In this document: positions 61,340-64,000 of the stretch, piece after piece
Layout of the letters: each line of letters begins with the position of its first letter
Numbering within the stretch: position 1 is the stretch's first letter
Translations under genes and position numbers: made by a program
Assembly (NCBI RefSeq): GCF_001194135.2
Contig: NC_068983.1
Span: forward strand, 147,271,896 to 147,335,895
From: Octopus bimaculoides
Lineage: Eukaryota
Length of the DNA stretch: 64,000 nt
Reading direction: 5' to 3'
The notes under the pieces: generated by a model
What the model was told of the DNA's origin: nothing
The model's input: only the letters and a program-made list of their open reading frames with translations
Databases searched by the model: none

Positions 61340-61960
61340 TGAAATTCAATAATGGCTCAAAAGCTCCGACCGAAAAACAGAAACAGAGCGACTGATACTA
61401 GCTGCACAAAATCAATGCCTGGCCAAAAACAACTATAAAAATAAAACCATAAGAACAGATCTTAACACCAAATGCAGAATATGCAACCAGCACAATGAGA
61501 CAGTCATCTTTGACTGGCCAGTCTTTACCAACTCTGAATACACTCAGTAATATGCTAACACTGCAATGTGAAATAAGAAGTGATATAAGCATGTACCAAA
61601 CATGGTATATAACAATGACCTGGCCAAAATAATCTGGAATATGCCATTCAAAACTGACAAAGAGATCAATGCAAACTGTCCAGATATGATAATAAAAGAG
61701 TGGAAAATAAACATATGTACACAGATAGACATTGTAATCCCTTCTGATGAAAATATTACCTGAAAAACAAAATACAAGGACCTTGAAATTGAGATATTCA
61801 AGAAGTGGAGCATGAGGATGAAAATAATGCCAATAGTAACTGGTGCATTAGGCATAATTAAAAAAGATATGAAAAGAAACATAGAAACCATACTAGGTAG
61901 GCTCACAGCACTACACAACAAATAGTTCTGCTAGAAAGAGCCCATATCCTGTGCAAATCA
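61340..61960 (+). mobile_element. R4/Dong-like LINE 3' fragment (zinc knuckle plus REL endonuclease), degenerate
   Basis: ETERLILAAQNQCL...KCRICNQHNETV, PDMIIKE, IDIVIPSD, KYKDLEIEI...IMPIVTGALGII. Confidence 0.75.
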
Positions 61961-63039
61961 CTATCAATTCCATAGATTAGCTAATTAGTCGAATAACCCA
62001 AACAGAACAATCTTCACATACTTATACAACAAGTAACTAATAATCATAAACAACACAGCTTGTGCAACATATACAAGATTAAGGTTTAACAGAATAATGC
62101 AACCCACATTATACATCCCATCTACGAAAGAATTAACAATATAAAAAGAAACTAAACCACATAATAAAACAAACTGATGTAGTATACCAACAGGAGGAGT
62201 TTACCCGCTAACCAATCCTCACAAAAATAAGAACATAATGTTGCATACACTTCAGGAACTGAGAGATGCAATTGAAACTACCAAAAAAAAAATAAACTTT
62301 CTAATTTTGGCACAAGGTCAGTAATTTGTGAAGTGTGTGTAAGCCAATTACAGCAATTGCAGTGCTCAATGGATGTAAAGCAAAGTTGGCTTTGGTGGAA
62401 TTTGAACCCAGAACATAATGGGTTAGAGGAAATGCTGCTAAGCATTTTGCCCAACATTCTAATGATTCTGCCAGCTTGACACCTCAATAATAATTCTAAT
62501 TAGGCACAAGGCCTGAAATTTGGAGGGATGTTGCTTAGTTGATTATATTAACTGATTCTTTATTCTATTGACTCTGAATGTAAAAAAAGGCTTAGCTGGC
62601 CTTGGAAGGATTTGAACTCAAGAGTCAGAACAAATATATTATATACTAGCTGAGTATCCAAGTTGTTGAAAAGAAAAATGATGTATTTTCCAATTTAAAA
62701 AAAGTTTTTCTATTTGTTTACCTTTTTGTTTTCTTTTTACTGAAAAGACATCAGTACACCAGTATGAAAAAAAATCAACCATTTTTTTTCTTTTAAATTT
62801 TTTCAGCGGATTCATATGCTTACATTGACAGAGATTCTGAATATACCAAAAACCATGTTTTCAAAATTTTCAATTCCCCCTCTCTAAGCCGGTTTTGCTT
62901 TTTCGCTTTAAAGGTAAACGGTCCTGATAGAAACAAACATGATATTCCATAATATGTTTGTGTTCTTCATTCAGAAAGAATAAAAACTTCTTGGGACTTC
63001 GTTCATGTGTATCCTCCCTCCCCACAAAAGTTTGTATAT

Positions 63040-63960
63040 TCGGAATCTACATGATATAACACATACTCGTAGAAAATTTCATTACAAAATATCCATTTTT
63101 CTGAAAGTTATGATCATCCAAAGTCGGTGGGACAGAATTCTGTAGTTATGCCTGGATTTTAAATGCATAGTGCCCACAAAATTGACTACAATTGCTCCAG
63201 AAAAGAGACGATAAGTTTTTTTGTAAAACAGATACTCCAGATAATTTGCAAGGGCACCATGAAAAGAAATCTGAAACATCTCCATCAAAATGGAGAAATT
63301 CCAACTTGTTGGTACTTCCTAACTCCAAATTTAGCCTTTATCTGTATGCATGTATCTGTGTGTGTCTGTGTTTGACAGCCCATCACCGCTTATAACCCCT
63401 GTTGCTGTACATTATTCACAATGGAGAAAGGTGTCCTCATCGTGTTTGTTGTTATCACAACATTTCGGCTGATGTACCCTCCAGCCTTCATCATGTGTTC
63501 TGGTGGAATTTCGAACCCAACCCTTTATTTCCTACGAATATGTGTTATATTATGTAGTTTCCGAATTATTATATTATGTAGTTTCCGAATATACAAAATT
63601 TTGGGGGAAAAGTATTTTAGGAGACAGTCGGGTAGGGAATTTCAAAACATTCACTGGAGTCCACTTCAATTTGTTTTACTTTCAAGAAAATGGATATTTT
63701 TTAATGAAATTCTCTACAAATATACTTCGGACTATGTAGATTCCAAGGCTATAGGAATTTTTGGGGAAAACAATTGGGGGTTATTTTTGAGAACCGTTCT
63801 CCACTCGCAGATGTTTCTGAACAAGTCCAAATTTGTACAGAATTTCATTAAAAAAATATCTATTTTCTTGAAAATTAAGACAAATTGAAGTGGACTCTGG
63901 TGAATTTTCTGAAATTCCACACCCCAAAATTAGGCTGTATCCTAATATGTCACATATTTT
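63040..63960. repeat. Modular foldback-like repeat (same unit in alternating orientations)
   Basis: 63636-63720 pairs with 63832-63918. 63041-63100 is an inverted copy of the module at about 63520-63565 and about 63685-63745. Confidence 0.7.
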
Positions 63961-64000
63961 ATGCACTTTAGAAATAATTCCTGATGGACAAGGGGCATTC

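Overview
AT-rich eukaryotic (metazoan) draft-assembly DNA with several N gaps and dense microsatellites. The repeat families look cephalopod/Octopus-like, which is an inference from recalled repeat landscapes and not a database result. There are two gene loci. (1) A + strand tandem cluster of cytosolic-sulfotransferase (SULT)-fold genes: the last exon of an upstream copy (46-152), a complete 5-exon copy A (13322-30095, 303 aa) and a complete 5-exon copy B (35048-49877, 299 aa). I reconstructed both by hand from GT-AG junctions; exons 2-5 have identical lengths in A and B (318/98/178/107 nt). (2) A convergent single-coding-exon PIGM (GPI mannosyltransferase I) on the - strand (57531-58793). The rest is a nested graveyard of mariner, hAT, Helitron, RTE, R4/Dong-like and Penelope-like elements, tRNA-derived SINEs, MITEs and palindromes. 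The most notable signal is that both intact SULT paralogs have lost the normally conserved PAPS-binding basic residues: YPKSGT becomes YPAAGS/YPTAGT, RKGxxG becomes HSGKVD/RSGKVS, and RNPKD becomes RNPKA. They keep the catalytic His, the 3'-PB Arg/Ser and the KxxxTVxxxE dimerisation motif, which suggests a repurposed (pseudo)enzyme family. The second signal is three short TTAGGG tracts; one replaces 10 nt of a SINE and one forms the loop of a 70-bp-arm palindrome.
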